A DNA stretch of 62,661 bases, counting the filler, from Deltaproteobacteria bacterium (GTDB lineage Bacteria > JAUYMQ01), in assembly GCA_030698575.1 (NCBI GenBank). It is 5 parts of 5 records of this genome, joined end to end, with 100 filler letters (N's around TTAATTAATTAA, not from the genome) between each part and the next. Parts side by side here need not be neighbours in the genome. Positions count along the whole stretch, not along the records: positions 31,481 to 44,883 come from JAUYMQ010000227.1; positions 44,984 to 62,661 come from JAUYMQ010000212.1; 3 more parts are not named here. One strand, 5' to 3'. This document shows, one piece after another, positions 40,330 through 49,969 of this stretch. Below the pieces are notes generated by a model. That model was given only the letters and a program-made list of their open reading frames with translations. It had not been told where the DNA came from and did no database searches. Both the position numbers and the translations under genes were made by a program. Position 1 is the first letter of the stretch. Each line of letters starts with the position of its first letter.

Positions 40330-43053
40330 TTGCCATCGAACTCTCGCTCGTCCGCCAGAGGGCCCATCCGCTACAAGCTCGACAACGGTCTCACGGTCGT
40401 CCTCCAGGAGAACCACGGAGCGCCGGTCGCGGCCTTCAACGTGTGGGTCCGGGCGGGGTCGGCCGAGGAGACGGAGCCCGAGTCGGGCATCGCCCACGTC
40501 CACGAGCACATGCTCTTCAAGGGAACCGCGCGCAGGGGCGTCGGCGAGATCGCCCGCGTCGTGGAATCATCCGGCGGTCACATCAACGCCTACACCTCTT
40601 TCGATCAGACCGTTTACTACGACGTGATCGCCAGCCGCTATTTCGAGACCGGCCTCGACGTGCTCGCCGACGCCGTGCAGCACTCTTCCTTTGATCCGGC
40701 GGAGCTTGCTAAGGAGAAAGAAGTCGTACTCGAGGAGATCAAGCGGGGCGAGGACATGCCCGGGTCCAAGCTCAGCAAGTCGCTATTCGCCTCCGCCTAC
40801 CGGGAGCACCCCTACGGCCGGCCGATCATCGGCAGTGAAGCGCACGTGCGGTCCTTCACGCGCGAGATGATTCTCTCGTTCTACAAGCGCTGGTACGTTC
40901 CCAACAACATGGTCCTCGTGGCTGTCGGTGATTTCAAAACAAGCGAGATCCGGCCCCTGATCGAGCGCGCCTTCGCGGGCTTCCAGCCCGACGCCCGGGT
41001 TCGCCACCAGCGCCCCCCCGAGCCCGAGCAGCGCGAGCTCAGGCTCGCCGTGGTTCCGGACGGCGTGCGGCAGGGCTACCTGATGATGGCCTGGCCCACC
41101 TGTGATCTGCTCCACCCCGATACGCCGGCGCTTGACGTGCTCGCGATCGTTCTCGGGCAGGGAGATTCTAGCCGCCTGTATCGCAAGGTGAAGGCGCGGC
41201 AAATGAAGGTTCACGAGGTGCGGGCTCATGCATACCCGCTCCGGGATCCGGGGCTCTTCCTGATCAGCTCGCTCATCGAGCCCGTGAACGCGCTCGCCGC
41301 GCAATCCGCCATGCTGCACGAGGCCTTTCTGCTCCGCGAGAGCCTCGTCTCGGCCGCCGAGCTGGAGAAGGCGAAGATCAATCTCGAGGCCGACACCATT
41401 TACGACAAGGAGACCGTGCAGGGGCAGGCCCTGAAGCTTGGCTACTTCGAGGCGCTCGCAGGGGACATCGCCTACGAGGCCGAATACATGCGGCGCCTGG
41501 CTGCCCTCACCGCGGAGGACGTGCGGAGCGCAGCGCGGCGATACTTCGACGCGGAGCGCCTGAGCGTCGCCTATCTCCTCCCCTCGGCCACGGCGGCGCG
41601 GATCACGCAGCCACGCGTGGCGGAGGCGGCGGCGGCCGCGCTCAAATCCGCGTCTCGAACGCGGGCGGCGGCGAAACCCCGGGCGCGGCGCGCAGGAGGC
41701 AAAGCGGCGCTGCTGGCCGAGCTGGCCAGCCATGTCGGCGAGGCGGGGGATTATCCCGTCCATCGGGAAACGCTCCCCAACGGCGTCCGCCTCATCATCA
41801 AGGAGAGCCACGCCGTTCCGCTCGTGGCTATTCGCAGCGTGATGCAGGGAGGCCTGGCCTTCGAAAGTGCCGCCACGAACGGGATCAGCGATTTCGTCGG
41901 CACGCTCCTGACGAAGGGAACGCGGCGGCGAAGCGCGGAACGTATCGCCGAAGAGATCGAACGCATCGCCGGTTCAATCGAGGGACATTCAGGGAGAAAC
42001 AGCCTCGGCGTTGAGATCGAGGTGCTGAGCCCGCACTTCGATCGCGCGGTGGACCTCATGGCCGAGGTCCTGCGCGAACCGGCCTTTCACCCGAGGGAGA
42101 TCGAGAAGACGCGCCGGGACACGCTGGCCGCCATCAGCCGCCGGCAGGACAATCTGGGCGGCTATGCCATCGATCTGTTCACTTCCACACTCTACCGGCG
42201 GCACCCCTATCGCCTGAGTTCACTCGGCACGCCGCGCTCGGTCAAATCCTTCACCCGGGCGCGCCTCCGGGAGTTCTACGCCCGGGTCGCGGTGCCCGAA
42301 AATCTCGTCATCTCGGTCGTCGGCGACGTTCGAACGCAGGAGGTCGTCAAGCGCTTCAGGCGCGCCTTCGGGTCCATGAAGAAACGCCCCTTCAGCCGTC
42401 CCCGGGCCCCCGTCGAGAAGCGTCCGGCTGCGCAGCGGTATCGCGAGTTGCATCGCGACAAGGCGCAAGCCCATCTGGTCTACGGCTTCCCGGGAACCAC
42501 CGTGAATGACCCCGACAAGTACCCGCTCGAGGTCATGAGCAGTGTGATGGCGGGACAGGGGGGGCGCCTGTTCCTCGAACTGCGCGACCGGCAGAGCCTG
42601 GCCTACAGCGTCACCTTCTTCACGGTCGAGGGGGTCGATCCCGGATACATCGGGGTTTACATGGCGACGAGCCCGGGGAAGATCCGGCGCGCGCTGGCCG
42701 GGGTCCGGCGGGAACTCAGTCGCATCACGAAGGAAAAGATCGCTCCGGAGGAGCTGGACCGGGCCAAGCGGAACATCGTCGGCGGGTACGAGATCGATCT
42801 GCAGCGGGCGGGCGCCCAGGCGGGTCAACTCGCGATCAACGAGATCTTTGAGCTGGGCCTGGAGGAGTACCGGGCCTTCCCCGAGAAAATTCTCGCCGTT
42901 ACCGCCGACGACGTCCTACGCGTTGCGCGCCGTTATCTCACGCTCCGCCGGCCGGTCATCGCGCTCATCCGCCCGCCTAATCCGCGGCGGCCTTCCCCGC
43001 CGTCCGCGCGTCGCTCCCGCCGCGCCGGACCCCGGTCGCGTGGTCGATCGTGA
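40330..43053 (+). CDS. M16 family zinc peptidase (pitrilysin-like, two halves)
   Basis: HVHEHMLFKGT (HxxEH), NAYTS, HPYGRPIIG; second half lacks HxxEH and carries ELRDRQSLAY. Confidence 0.95.
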   Translation: MPSNSRSSARGPIRYKLDNGLTVVLQENHGAPVAAFNVWVRAGSAEETEPESGIAHVHEHMLFKGTARRGVGEIARVVESSGGHINAYTSFDQTVYYDVIASRYFETGLDVLADAVQHSSFDPAELAKEKEVVLEEIKRGEDMPGSKLSKSLFASAYREHPYGRPIIGSEAHVRSFTREMILSFYKRWYVPNNMVLVAVGDFKTSEIRPLIERAFAGFQPDARVRHQRPPEPEQRELRLAVVPDGVRQGYLMMAWPTCDLLHPDTPALDVLAIVLGQGDSSRLYRKVKARQMKVHEVRAHAYPLRDPGLFLISSLIEPVNALAAQSAMLHEAFLLRESLVSAAELEKAKINLEADTIYDKETVQGQALKLGYFEALAGDIAYEAEYMRRLAALTAEDVRSAARRYFDAERLSVAYLLPSATAARITQPRVAEAAAAALKSASRTRAAAKPRARRAGGKAALLAELASHVGEAGDYPVHRETLPNGVRLIIKESHAVPLVAIRSVMQGGLAFESAATNGISDFVGTLLTKGTRRRSAERIAEEIERIAGSIEGHSGRNSLGVEIEVLSPHFDRAVDLMAEVLREPAFHPREIEKTRRDTLAAISRRQDNLGGYAIDLFTSTLYRRHPYRLSSLGTPRSVKSFTRARLREFYARVAVPENLVISVVGDVRTQEVVKRFRRAFGSMKKRPFSRPRAPVEKRPAAQRYRELHRDKAQAHLVYGFPGTTVNDPDKYPLEVMSSVMAGQGGRLFLELRDRQSLAYSVTFFTVEGVDPGYIGVYMATSPGKIRRALAGVRRELSRITKEKIAPEELDRAKRNIVGGYEIDLQRAGAQAGQLAINEIFELGLEEYRAFPEKILAVTADDVLRVARRYLTLRRPVIALIRPPNPRRPSPPSARRSRRAGPRSRGRS

Positions 43054-44707
43054 TCGCCTGAACGCTCGACCAGGGCCGCATGGGCAGGACCTGATGGCCC
43101 CGGCCCATGAGATCCTCGATGACCCTCTGTTGCGTCCCCTGCTCCACGGCCAGGACGTTCGGCTTCCACTGGTGATGAAAGCGCGGCGCGTCCACCGCCG
43201 CCTGCGGATCCATCCCGAAATCGATCACGTTCACGATGGTCTCGACGACCGCGGTGATGATCCGCGGGCCGCCCGGGCTGCCGACGATCAGCGCCGCCTT
43301 TCCTTCGCGTGTCAGAATTGTCGGCGACATGCTGGATAGCGGCCGCTTTCCAGGCGCGATGGCGTTCGCTTCCGAGCCGACGAGGCCGTAGGCGTTCGGC
43401 ACCCCGGGCTTGGCGCTGAAGTCATCCATCTCATCGTTCATCACGATTCCCGTCCCCTTCGCGACGATGCCCGATCCAAAGGGGAGGTTCAGCGACTGGG
43501 TGACGGACACGGCGTTGCCCTCGCGATCGATCACCGAGAAGTGGGTCGTGTTGCCGCCTTCGGCGCCGAAGGGATCGCCCCCGCCCGCGACCGGCGTGGC
43601 CTTCCGCGGATCGATGCCGCTCCCGCGCCGCTTCGCGTAGGCCTTGGAGACGAGCCCCTCGGTTGGGACCTTCACCACGCCCGGATCGCCCAGGTAGGCC
43701 GCCCGGTCGGCGAAGGCGCGCTTCATCGCCTCGGCCATCAGATGCACGGCAGCAGGAGAGCCGGCGCCGAGCTTCGAGAGATCATAGGGCTCGATAAGGT
43801 TCAGGATTTCGACGACGACCGCGCCTCCCGCGGGAGGAGGAAAGGCCAGCACCGCGTAGCCCCGGTAGGTCCCGCGCAGGGGCTCCCGCTCGACGGGCCG
43901 GTAGTTCCGCAGGTCTTTCTGCGACAGGATGCCGCCCAGCGCGCGCACGTCCGTCGCCACCGCCTTCCCTAGCGCGCCGCCGTAGAGCGCTCCGGGCCCC
44001 TCCTTCGCAAGCTGCGCGTAGCTGTCGGCGAGATCAGTCTGCTTCAGCACGTGATCGGGCTCCGGCGCCTCTCCCTCGACGAGATAGGTTCGCGCCCACT
44101 CCGTGTACCGGCCGATGCGATCCTTCGACTGCGCGATCGCGCCCGCCATACGCTCCCCCACGGGATAGCCGTTCCGGGCCAGCGCAATCGCGGGGGCCAG
44201 CAGCTCGGCGAGCGGCTTCGTTCCGAACTTCCTGCGGGCGGTCTCGAGCGCGGCCGCCGTTCCCGGCACGCCCATGGCGCGGGGCCCGGTCCTCGAATCC
44301 TCCGTCGGCTCACCCCTGGCGTCGAGGTACATATCCCGGGACGCCTTCTCGGGCGCCACCTCCCGCCCGTCGATCGCCGCACTCCTTCCGTCGTTCATCC
44401 GGATGAGCACGAACGCGCCGCCGCCAAGGCCGGCGTTCCACGGCTCGACGACGCCGAGTGCGTGGGTGACCGCCACGGCGGCATCGACCGCGTTCCCGCC
44501 GTTGCGCAAAATCGACACGCCCACATCGGTCGCCAGCGGGTGTGAGCTGGCAACCATCCCGGCGCGTCCGGCCACCGGGTCCGGCGAGCCCTTCGTCGCG
44601 CGCGTGCCGGCGACCAGGCTGAGCGCGCAGACAACCGCGAGGCAAAGACGGAGAGCTGGATGGGAACGCACCGAACGGTCCGGTATCCGGATGGCCGAGC
44701 GTGACAT
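42977..44707 (-). CDS. ggt: Gamma-glutamyltransferase
   Basis: GGNAVDAAVA, GLGGG, IDGRE, catalytic TTHFS, NDEMDDF, KRPLSSMSPT and GSPGG; signal peptide; ATG 44707 after GGAGG. Confidence 0.96.
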   Translation of the reverse strand: MSRSAIRIPDRSVRSHPALRLCLAVVCALSLVAGTRATKGSPDPVAGRAGMVASSHPLATDVGVSILRNGGNAVDAAVAVTHALGVVEPWNAGLGGGAFVLIRMNDGRSAAIDGREVAPEKASRDMYLDARGEPTEDSRTGPRAMGVPGTAAALETARRKFGTKPLAELLAPAIALARNGYPVGERMAGAIAQSKDRIGRYTEWARTYLVEGEAPEPDHVLKQTDLADSYAQLAKEGPGALYGGALGKAVATDVRALGGILSQKDLRNYRPVEREPLRGTYRGYAVLAFPPPAGGAVVVEILNLIEPYDLSKLGAGSPAAVHLMAEAMKRAFADRAAYLGDPGVVKVPTEGLVSKAYAKRRGSGIDPRKATPVAGGGDPFGAEGGNTTHFSVIDREGNAVSVTQSLNLPFGSGIVAKGTGIVMNDEMDDFSAKPGVPNAYGLVGSEANAIAPGKRPLSSMSPTILTREGKAALIVGSPGGPRIITAVVETIVNVIDFGMDPQAAVDAPRFHHQWKPNVLAVEQGTQQRVIEDLMGRGHQVLPMRPWSSVQAITIDHATGVRRGGSDARTAGKAAAD

Positions 44708-44883
44708 GGAACCTCCGCGCTGGGGAGAACAGCGTTCCATGTATCACGCAACGGCGTCCCCGTACCACGGCGGGAGTACGGTTCCGTAACAGCCCGGTTT
44801 CAAGCGCGCACTCCCCGAACAGTCATGGACACCGCCCGCGGCGCCCGAAAGCCCGAAATCCCCCAAAGCGTGGGGAAAGCCGA

Positions 44884-44983
44884 NNNNNNNNNNNNNNNNN
44901 NNNNNNNNNNNNNNNNNNNNNNNNNNNTTAATTAATTAANNNNNNNNNNNNNNNNNNNNNNNNNNNNNNNNNNNNNNNNNNNN
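44884..44983. other. Artificial contig linker
   Basis: N44-TTAATTAATTAA-N44. Confidence 0.99.
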
Positions 44984-45106
44984 CACCGCTCTCTTCCGTA
45001 GAGGCGCCGGGACAGGTTAGAAGAGCGCGTCTATGACCGGCGCGCCGATTACCTCGAGCATCTTCCGGATGTCATCGGGGGTATGAGGGAGGTAACGGTG
45101 AGACAT
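44984..45106 (-). CDS. gcvPA: Glycine dehydrogenase subunit 1, 5' fragment with an in-frame TAA at 45017-45019
   Basis: MSHRYLPHTPDDIRKMLEVIG...DALF*PVPAPLR matches the GcvPA N-terminus on both sides of the stop; follows gcvH. Confidence 0.78.
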
Positions 45107-45114
45107 CCGGTTCT

Positions 45115-45507
45115 TCAGCCCTTCTTCTCGGCTTCGACGAAATCTGCGTATTCCTTGGCGTCCATCATGTCGTCGAGCTCCGCCACATCCGAGGGATCGA
45201 CGACGATGAGCCATCCGTCCCCGTAGGGGTCGCTGTTGAGCATCTCGGGCGACTCGACGAGCGCCGTGTTGACCTCGACCACGCTCCCGCTTACTGGCGC
45301 GAAAAGATCGCTCACCGCTTTCACGGACTCGACGACGCCGAAGGTGTCTTCCTTCGATACCTCGCTGCCGACCTCGGGGAGCTCGACGTAGACCAGTTCA
45401 CCGAGCGAGTCCTGTGCGTAGTCGGTGATGCCAACCGTCACGCGTCCGTCAGCGGGCCGCGCCCATTCGTGCTGCTTCGTGTATTTCAGATCTTCAGGAA
45501 ATTCCAC
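45115..45507 (-). CDS. gcvH: Glycine cleavage system H protein
   Basis: HEW, GITDYAQ, VESVKAVSD (lipoyl-Lys) and DPYGDGW. Confidence 0.97.
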   Translation of the reverse strand: MEFPEDLKYTKQHEWARPADGRVTVGITDYAQDSLGELVYVELPEVGSEVSKEDTFGVVESVKAVSDLFAPVSGSVVEVNTALVESPEMLNSDPYGDGWLIVVDPSDVAELDDMMDAKEYADFVEAEKKG

Positions 45508-45633
45508 GCCGGGCCTCCTCCGGAGTTAGTGGCGACGCGTGGCGGTGAAGGCCTTGCAGCCGCGCTTGCCGGGTCGGGATGGTTTCAGGATTTTTCCGGG
45601 AGCGCCGCTCATGAAGACGCGGGCGCCCGCGGG

Positions 45634-46752
45634 CTAGCCGGGCGTCGGCGCCCGGTAGAACGGCGTTCGCACGACCATCGCGGGGACCTCGCGCCCTCTG
45701 ATCTCGACGGCGACCCGCGTGCCGACCTTCGAGAATTCCGTCGCAACGTAACCCAGGGCAATGGCCTTGCCCAGTGTCGGCGACTTTGTTCCGCTCGTCA
45801 CCATGCCCGCGCGCTTTCCGCCCGCGAGGATCGGGTAGTCCTGGCGGGCGATGCCGGCGCCCGCCATCTCGAGCCCGACGAGCCGGCGCTCGAGCCCCGC
45901 GGCTTTCTGGCGCAGCAGCGCGTCCCGTCCCAGGAAATCGCCCTTCCCGGGGCTGTCGAGCGCCACCGCCCATCCGAGCGCCGCTTCAAGTGGAGTGGTC
46001 TTCTCGTCGAGTTCGTGGCCATAAAGGCACATCTTTGCCTCGAGCCGGAGCGTGTCACGGGCCCCGAGACCCGCCGGCACGAGCCCCTCGGGCCCTCCGA
46101 TCTCCAGAAGGCGGTCCCAGACCGCCGGGGCGGCCTCGGCCGGGCAGGCAACCTCGAAGCCGTCCTCTCCCGTGTAGCCGGTGCGGGAGAAGGTTACCTG
46201 CACCTTCCCCGCCTTGCACGCCACGACGCCGTCGCGGAACCAGTAGCGCGGCAGGTCCAGAATGTCACGATCGGCCGCCCGCTGCACGATGCCGGGCGCC
46301 TTCGGCCCCTGAACCGCGATGAGCGCCGTGGCCGCGCTGAGATCCTCGACAGTCACCTCTCCCGCGACGTTCTTCCTGATCCAGGCCAGGTCCTTTTCGG
46401 CGTTCGACGCGTTGACGACGTAGAAATAATTCTCGGGACCCCGCCGGTAGACCGTGATGTCGTCGACGACCCCGCCGCTTTCGAGACAGAGTGCGGCGTA
46501 CTGCACGCGGCCGTCCACGAGCTTTGCGGCGTCGTTGGTGGAGAGCCGCTGGATGGCCGCCAGCGCCCCCGGCCCCGTGAAGCCGACCTCGCCCATGTGG
46601 CTCACGTCGAAGATCGCGGCGGCGGTCCGGCAGGCCGTGTGCTCCGCGATGATCCCCGCGTACTGTACGGGCATATCCCAGCCGCCGAACTCCACCATTC
46701 GTCCGCCGAGAGAGAGATGCCGTTCGTGGAGCGGTGTGCGCTTGAGCGTCAC
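45634..46752 (-). CDS. gcvT: Glycine cleavage system aminomethyltransferase
   Basis: LKRTPL, FGGWDMPVQY, FDVSHMGE, RTGYTGEDGFE and GLGARDTLRLE; GTG overlaps the folD stop. Confidence 0.97.
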   Translation of the reverse strand: MTLKRTPLHERHLSLGGRMVEFGGWDMPVQYAGIIAEHTACRTAAAIFDVSHMGEVGFTGPGALAAIQRLSTNDAAKLVDGRVQYAALCLESGGVVDDITVYRRGPENYFYVVNASNAEKDLAWIRKNVAGEVTVEDLSAATALIAVQGPKAPGIVQRAADRDILDLPRYWFRDGVVACKAGKVQVTFSRTGYTGEDGFEVACPAEAAPAVWDRLLEIGGPEGLVPAGLGARDTLRLEAKMCLYGHELDEKTTPLEAALGWAVALDSPGKGDFLGRDALLRQKAAGLERRLVGLEMAGAGIARQDYPILAGGKRAGMVTSGTKSPTLGKAIALGYVATEFSKVGTRVAVEIRGREVPAMVVRTPFYRAPTPG

Positions 46753-47621
46753 GCGCTTGCCTGCTCGGCGGCAAGAATGGTGTTGGCGAGCAGCATGGCG
46801 ATGGTCATGGGGCCGACGCCGCCCGGGACCGGCGTGATGTAGCCGGCGCGCTCGCGCGCCTCCTCGAAGTGCACGTCGCCGGCCAGCTTCCCGTCGTCCG
46901 TCCGGTTGATGCCGACGTCGATGACGACTGCGCCCGGCTTGATCCAATCGCCTCGCACGAACCGGGCCTTGCCGATGGCCGCCACGAGGATGTCGGCCGA
47001 CCGGGCCTCCCCCGGGAGATCGGCGGTGCGCGAGTGGCAGATGCTCACCGTGGCGTTGGCTTGCTCGAGGAGCGCCGCCATGGGGCGCCCCACGATGTTG
47101 GAGCGCCCGATCACCACGGCTCGCCGGCCCGAGAGCGGGATCTCGTGGAAGCGCAGCATTTCCATGACCCCCCGGGGCGTGCAGGCCACGAAGCGGGGCC
47201 GGCCCATGTGGAGGAGGCCGACGTTCAGCGGATGGAAGCCGTCGACGTCCTTGTTGGGAGAAACAAGTTCCAGGACCGTCCGCGTGTCGATCTGATCCGG
47301 AAGCGGGAGCTGGACCAGGATTCCGTGCACCTGGCGGTCGTCGTTGAGCGAGCGGATGAGGCGCGTGAGGTCCGCCTCGGTCGTCGAGGCCGGAAGGCGG
47401 TGATCACGCGTCGCGATGCCCGCCTCGGCGGCCGCCTTCTCCTTGTTGGTCACGTAGATGCGGCTGCCCGGATCGTCTCCCACGAGAACCACGGCCAGGC
47501 AGGGCGTCACGCCGCGCTCGCTCGAAAGGCGGGCCGCATCCTTCGCCACCTGGTTCCGGACGGCGCGCGCAATGGCTTTTCCGTCGATGACGACGGCGCC
47601 TGCTGTCGGGCTGTCGCTCAC
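46749..47621 (-). CDS. folD: Bifunctional methylene-THF dehydrogenase/cyclohydrolase
   Basis: IDGKAIA, HGILVQLPLP, KDVDGFHP, GRSNIVGRP and TPVPGGVGPMT. Confidence 0.97.
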   Translation of the reverse strand: MSDSPTAGAVVIDGKAIARAVRNQVAKDAARLSSERGVTPCLAVVLVGDDPGSRIYVTNKEKAAAEAGIATRDHRLPASTTEADLTRLIRSLNDDRQVHGILVQLPLPDQIDTRTVLELVSPNKDVDGFHPLNVGLLHMGRPRFVACTPRGVMEMLRFHEIPLSGRRAVVIGRSNIVGRPMAALLEQANATVSICHSRTADLPGEARSADILVAAIGKARFVRGDWIKPGAVVIDVGINRTDDGKLAGDVHFEEARERAGYITPVPGGVGPMTIAMLLANTILAAEQASA

Positions 47622-47685
47622 GATGTCTCCGGAGGACGGAGGATACAAAGGAGATTCGGGTTCAAGACTCGTTCGAAGACCCTGC

Positions 47686-47715
47686 AATATAGATGCGGCA
47701 GCGGGAAGGTGTAAA
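47686..47715 (-). promoter_or_regulatory. Sigma-70 promoter of folD-gcv
   Basis: TTTACA-18 nt-TATATT with an upstream T-tract. Confidence 0.6.
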
Positions 47716-47764
47716 GAGCGGTCGGGCGGGCGGTTGAAAAAAAACGGAAAGGCGGCCGGAGGGC

Positions 47765-48169
47765 CTAGGTCGGGTCGGCGGCGAGGGCCTTGCGCGCCTC
47801 GATCTCGCTCATTCCTTCCACATGGATGCGCTTCATGCGGCTGGCCACGCCGCGAACGATGGAAACCTGCCGCTGGGGAACGCCGAGGGCCCTGGCGACG
47901 GTGGCGCAGACCACGTTGTTGGCGGCGCCCTCAACGGGAGGCGCGTTTACCTTGACGTGGAGCTTGTCGCCGTGTGTTCCGGCGACGTGGCTTCGCGCGG
48001 AACGCGGTACGACGTGGACCTCGAAGGCGATGCCTCCGTCCGTGACGTCGATCTTGAGCGGAAGGCTCTCGCGCTGAGGTCGCCGCGCGAGGGGCGGCTG
48101 GCCGTCCTGGAGTTGATGCCTGGCCGCGTCACCGTTCTTGCCGTTGCGTCGCTTGAATCTCGGTTTCAT
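47765..48169 (-). CDS. yggU: DUF167 (YggU/UPF0235) protein
   Basis: VHVVPRS, APPVEGAAN and IVRGVASRMK; start uncertain. Confidence 0.9.
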   Translation of the reverse strand: MKPRFKRRNGKNGDAARHQLQDGQPPLARRPQRESLPLKIDVTDGGIAFEVHVVPRSARSHVAGTHGDKLHVKVNAPPVEGAANNVVCATVARALGVPQRQVSIVRGVASRMKRIHVEGMSEIEARKALAADPT

Positions 48170-48672
48170 ACGCTCTTGGGGGTGAGGAACTTGAGCTTGT
48201 CGTCGAGGGCTTCCTGTTCCTTCGTCTCTTCGCTGTCGGAATCGAGCATCCTCAGGTGGGACCTGAGCGTGGCTCGCAGCACAGCTTCGAGATTCGCTCG
48301 CTGGTGCTTCAGCTCGACGATGCTCTCGGTAATCTTTGCGCCCCGCCGATGAGCGGCGTCGATGACCTTCTCGCCCCGGAGCTCCGCTTCGGCGACGATC
48401 AGCTCGGCCTTCTTGGAGGCCTTCTCCTCGATCTCCTTGGTCATTTGCTGGGCGGTAAGCATGGTCTCGCGAAGCGCCTTCTCGCGGCGGATATGCTCCT
48501 CGAGATCGGCCCGGAGGCGCTTGGTCTCGTCCTTGAGCGAATTGTTCTCCGCGGTCAGCTCTTCGAGGTCGGCGGTTACCATCTCGAGGAACTGCCTGAC
48601 CTCCTCCGGATCGTATCCCTTCCAGCGTGTGGCGAACTGCTGGCTCTTCACGTCGATGGGCGTGAGTTTCAT
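48166..48672 (-). CDS. divIVA: DivIVA domain protein
   Basis: MKLTPIDV..QQF..WKGYDPEEV..FL followed by coiled coil. Confidence 0.92.
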   Translation of the reverse strand: MKLTPIDVKSQQFATRWKGYDPEEVRQFLEMVTADLEELTAENNSLKDETKRLRADLEEHIRREKALRETMLTAQQMTKEIEEKASKKAELIVAEAELRGEKVIDAAHRRGAKITESIVELKHQRANLEAVLRATLRSHLRMLDSDSEETKEQEALDDKLKFLTPKSV

Positions 48673-48838
48673 CGATCTTCCCCCGGTCCTCGAAAGGACC
48701 CCCTCGCGTTCGGTTGATGATGCGCGCTTTCCCGCCCTCGAAGGGGCGTGCTTGTCTGAGGCGGGAGCCGGAGAGGCGGTCCGGGATGACATTTCCGGAC
48801 CCAGGGGGGGTATCGGCTGCTCAAGGGGAAAATTGAGC

Positions 48839-49150
48839 TTATCCCAGGCGCATCGCAAGGTCCTGCAGCGATTTTACCAGGAAAGCCTGGGCGAAGTAGA
48901 TGGCCATGATAACCACAATCGGGGATAGATCCATCCCCCCCAGGCGGAGCCCGAGCCGGTAGTATATCCACCGCTGGACGGGTTGGAGCACCGGATCTGT
49001 GGCGCTTTTCAGGAAACGTACGATGGGGCTGTTGGGATCCGGGTTCACCCAGGAAAGGAGCGCCCGGATGATGATCATCCAGAAATAGACCGTCAGGATC
49101 ATGTCCAGGACGATGGCAGTGGCGTTTAGCAGGTTCGAGACGAGGAACAT
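48839..49150 (-). CDS. yggT: YggT family membrane protein
   Basis: IIIRALLSWVNPDPNSPIVRFL..ATDPVL and MDLSPIV. Confidence 0.93.
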   Translation of the reverse strand: MFLVSNLLNATAIVLDMILTVYFWMIIIRALLSWVNPDPNSPIVRFLKSATDPVLQPVQRWIYYRLGLRLGGMDLSPIVVIMAIYFAQAFLVKSLQDLAMRLG

Positions 49151-49959
49151 CAGCCGGATAGCTCCTTCGATCGCCGCGCCGCCGCCTCCATGGCGCTGTG
49201 TAGCGTGGCCCGCAGCTTGCCCCGTGAGAGTGCCTCGAGCCCTGCCAGCGTCGCCCCGCCGGGAGACGCCACCCTGTCTCGCAGCGTGGCGGGTTCGAGG
49301 CCCGATTCGAGGGCGAGCTTGGCTGATCCGAAGAGCGTTTGCAACGCGAAGCGGCGCGACAGCGTTTCCGGGAGCCCGAGATTGACCCCGCCCTCGGCCA
49401 GCGCGTCGAGTATCTCGAAGACGAACCCCGGCCCGCAGCCCGACAGCGCCGTCACGGCGTCGAGCAATCCCTCGTCGTCGAGGATCACTGCATCGCCCAC
49501 CGCCGAGAAGAGGGCGCGAGCAGTCTCCACGTCCGCCTCCCGGCAAGCGGCGTTCGGGCAGAGCGCGGTCATGCCGGCCAGCGCGAGGGCGGGGGCGTTC
49601 GGCATCGTCCGGACGATGGCGCAATCCGTTCCGAGCCAGGTTTCGAGCTGGGCCAGCCGGATGCCCGCGGCGATGGAGATGACGAGCTTTCCCCCGACCA
49701 CTTCACGGAGCGGGGCCACTACCGCCTCCATCCCCTGCGGCTTCACAGCCAGAACCACGAGGGCAGCCGCGCTCGCGGCCTCGGCATTGCTGGCCGTGGT
49801 GCACACGCCGTAGGCCGAGGACAAGTGGGTCCGGCGCGCTTCCGAAATGTCCGCGGCCGCGATTTCCGAAGGCGCTGCGGCGCCTGCTTCGAGAAGCCCG
49901 CGTATCAGGGCTTCCGCCATGTTCCCCGCCCCCACGAAGGCGTACTTCACCGGCTCCAT
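49150..49959 (-). CDS. proC: Pyrroline-5-carboxylate reductase
   Basis: FVGAGNMA, LAVKPQ, SIAAG, RTMPN, TALSGCGP and VASPGGAT. Confidence 0.96.
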   Translation of the reverse strand: MEPVKYAFVGAGNMAEALIRGLLEAGAAAPSEIAAADISEARRTHLSSAYGVCTTASNAEAASAAALVVLAVKPQGMEAVVAPLREVVGGKLVISIAAGIRLAQLETWLGTDCAIVRTMPNAPALALAGMTALCPNAACREADVETARALFSAVGDAVILDDEGLLDAVTALSGCGPGFVFEILDALAEGGVNLGLPETLSRRFALQTLFGSAKLALESGLEPATLRDRVASPGGATLAGLEALSRGKLRATLHSAMEAAARRSKELSG

Positions 49960-49969
49960 GCGTTCTCCT

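Noticed and set aside
45508-45633. Possible glycine riboswitch near the gcv genes
   Set aside because: No GGAGA/CGAAG/CTCAGG aptamer pattern here or upstream of folD
48166-48672. DivIVA in a diderm
   Set aside because: Already known in deltaproteobacterial lineages within the yggS-proC-yggT-divIVA-yggU cluster
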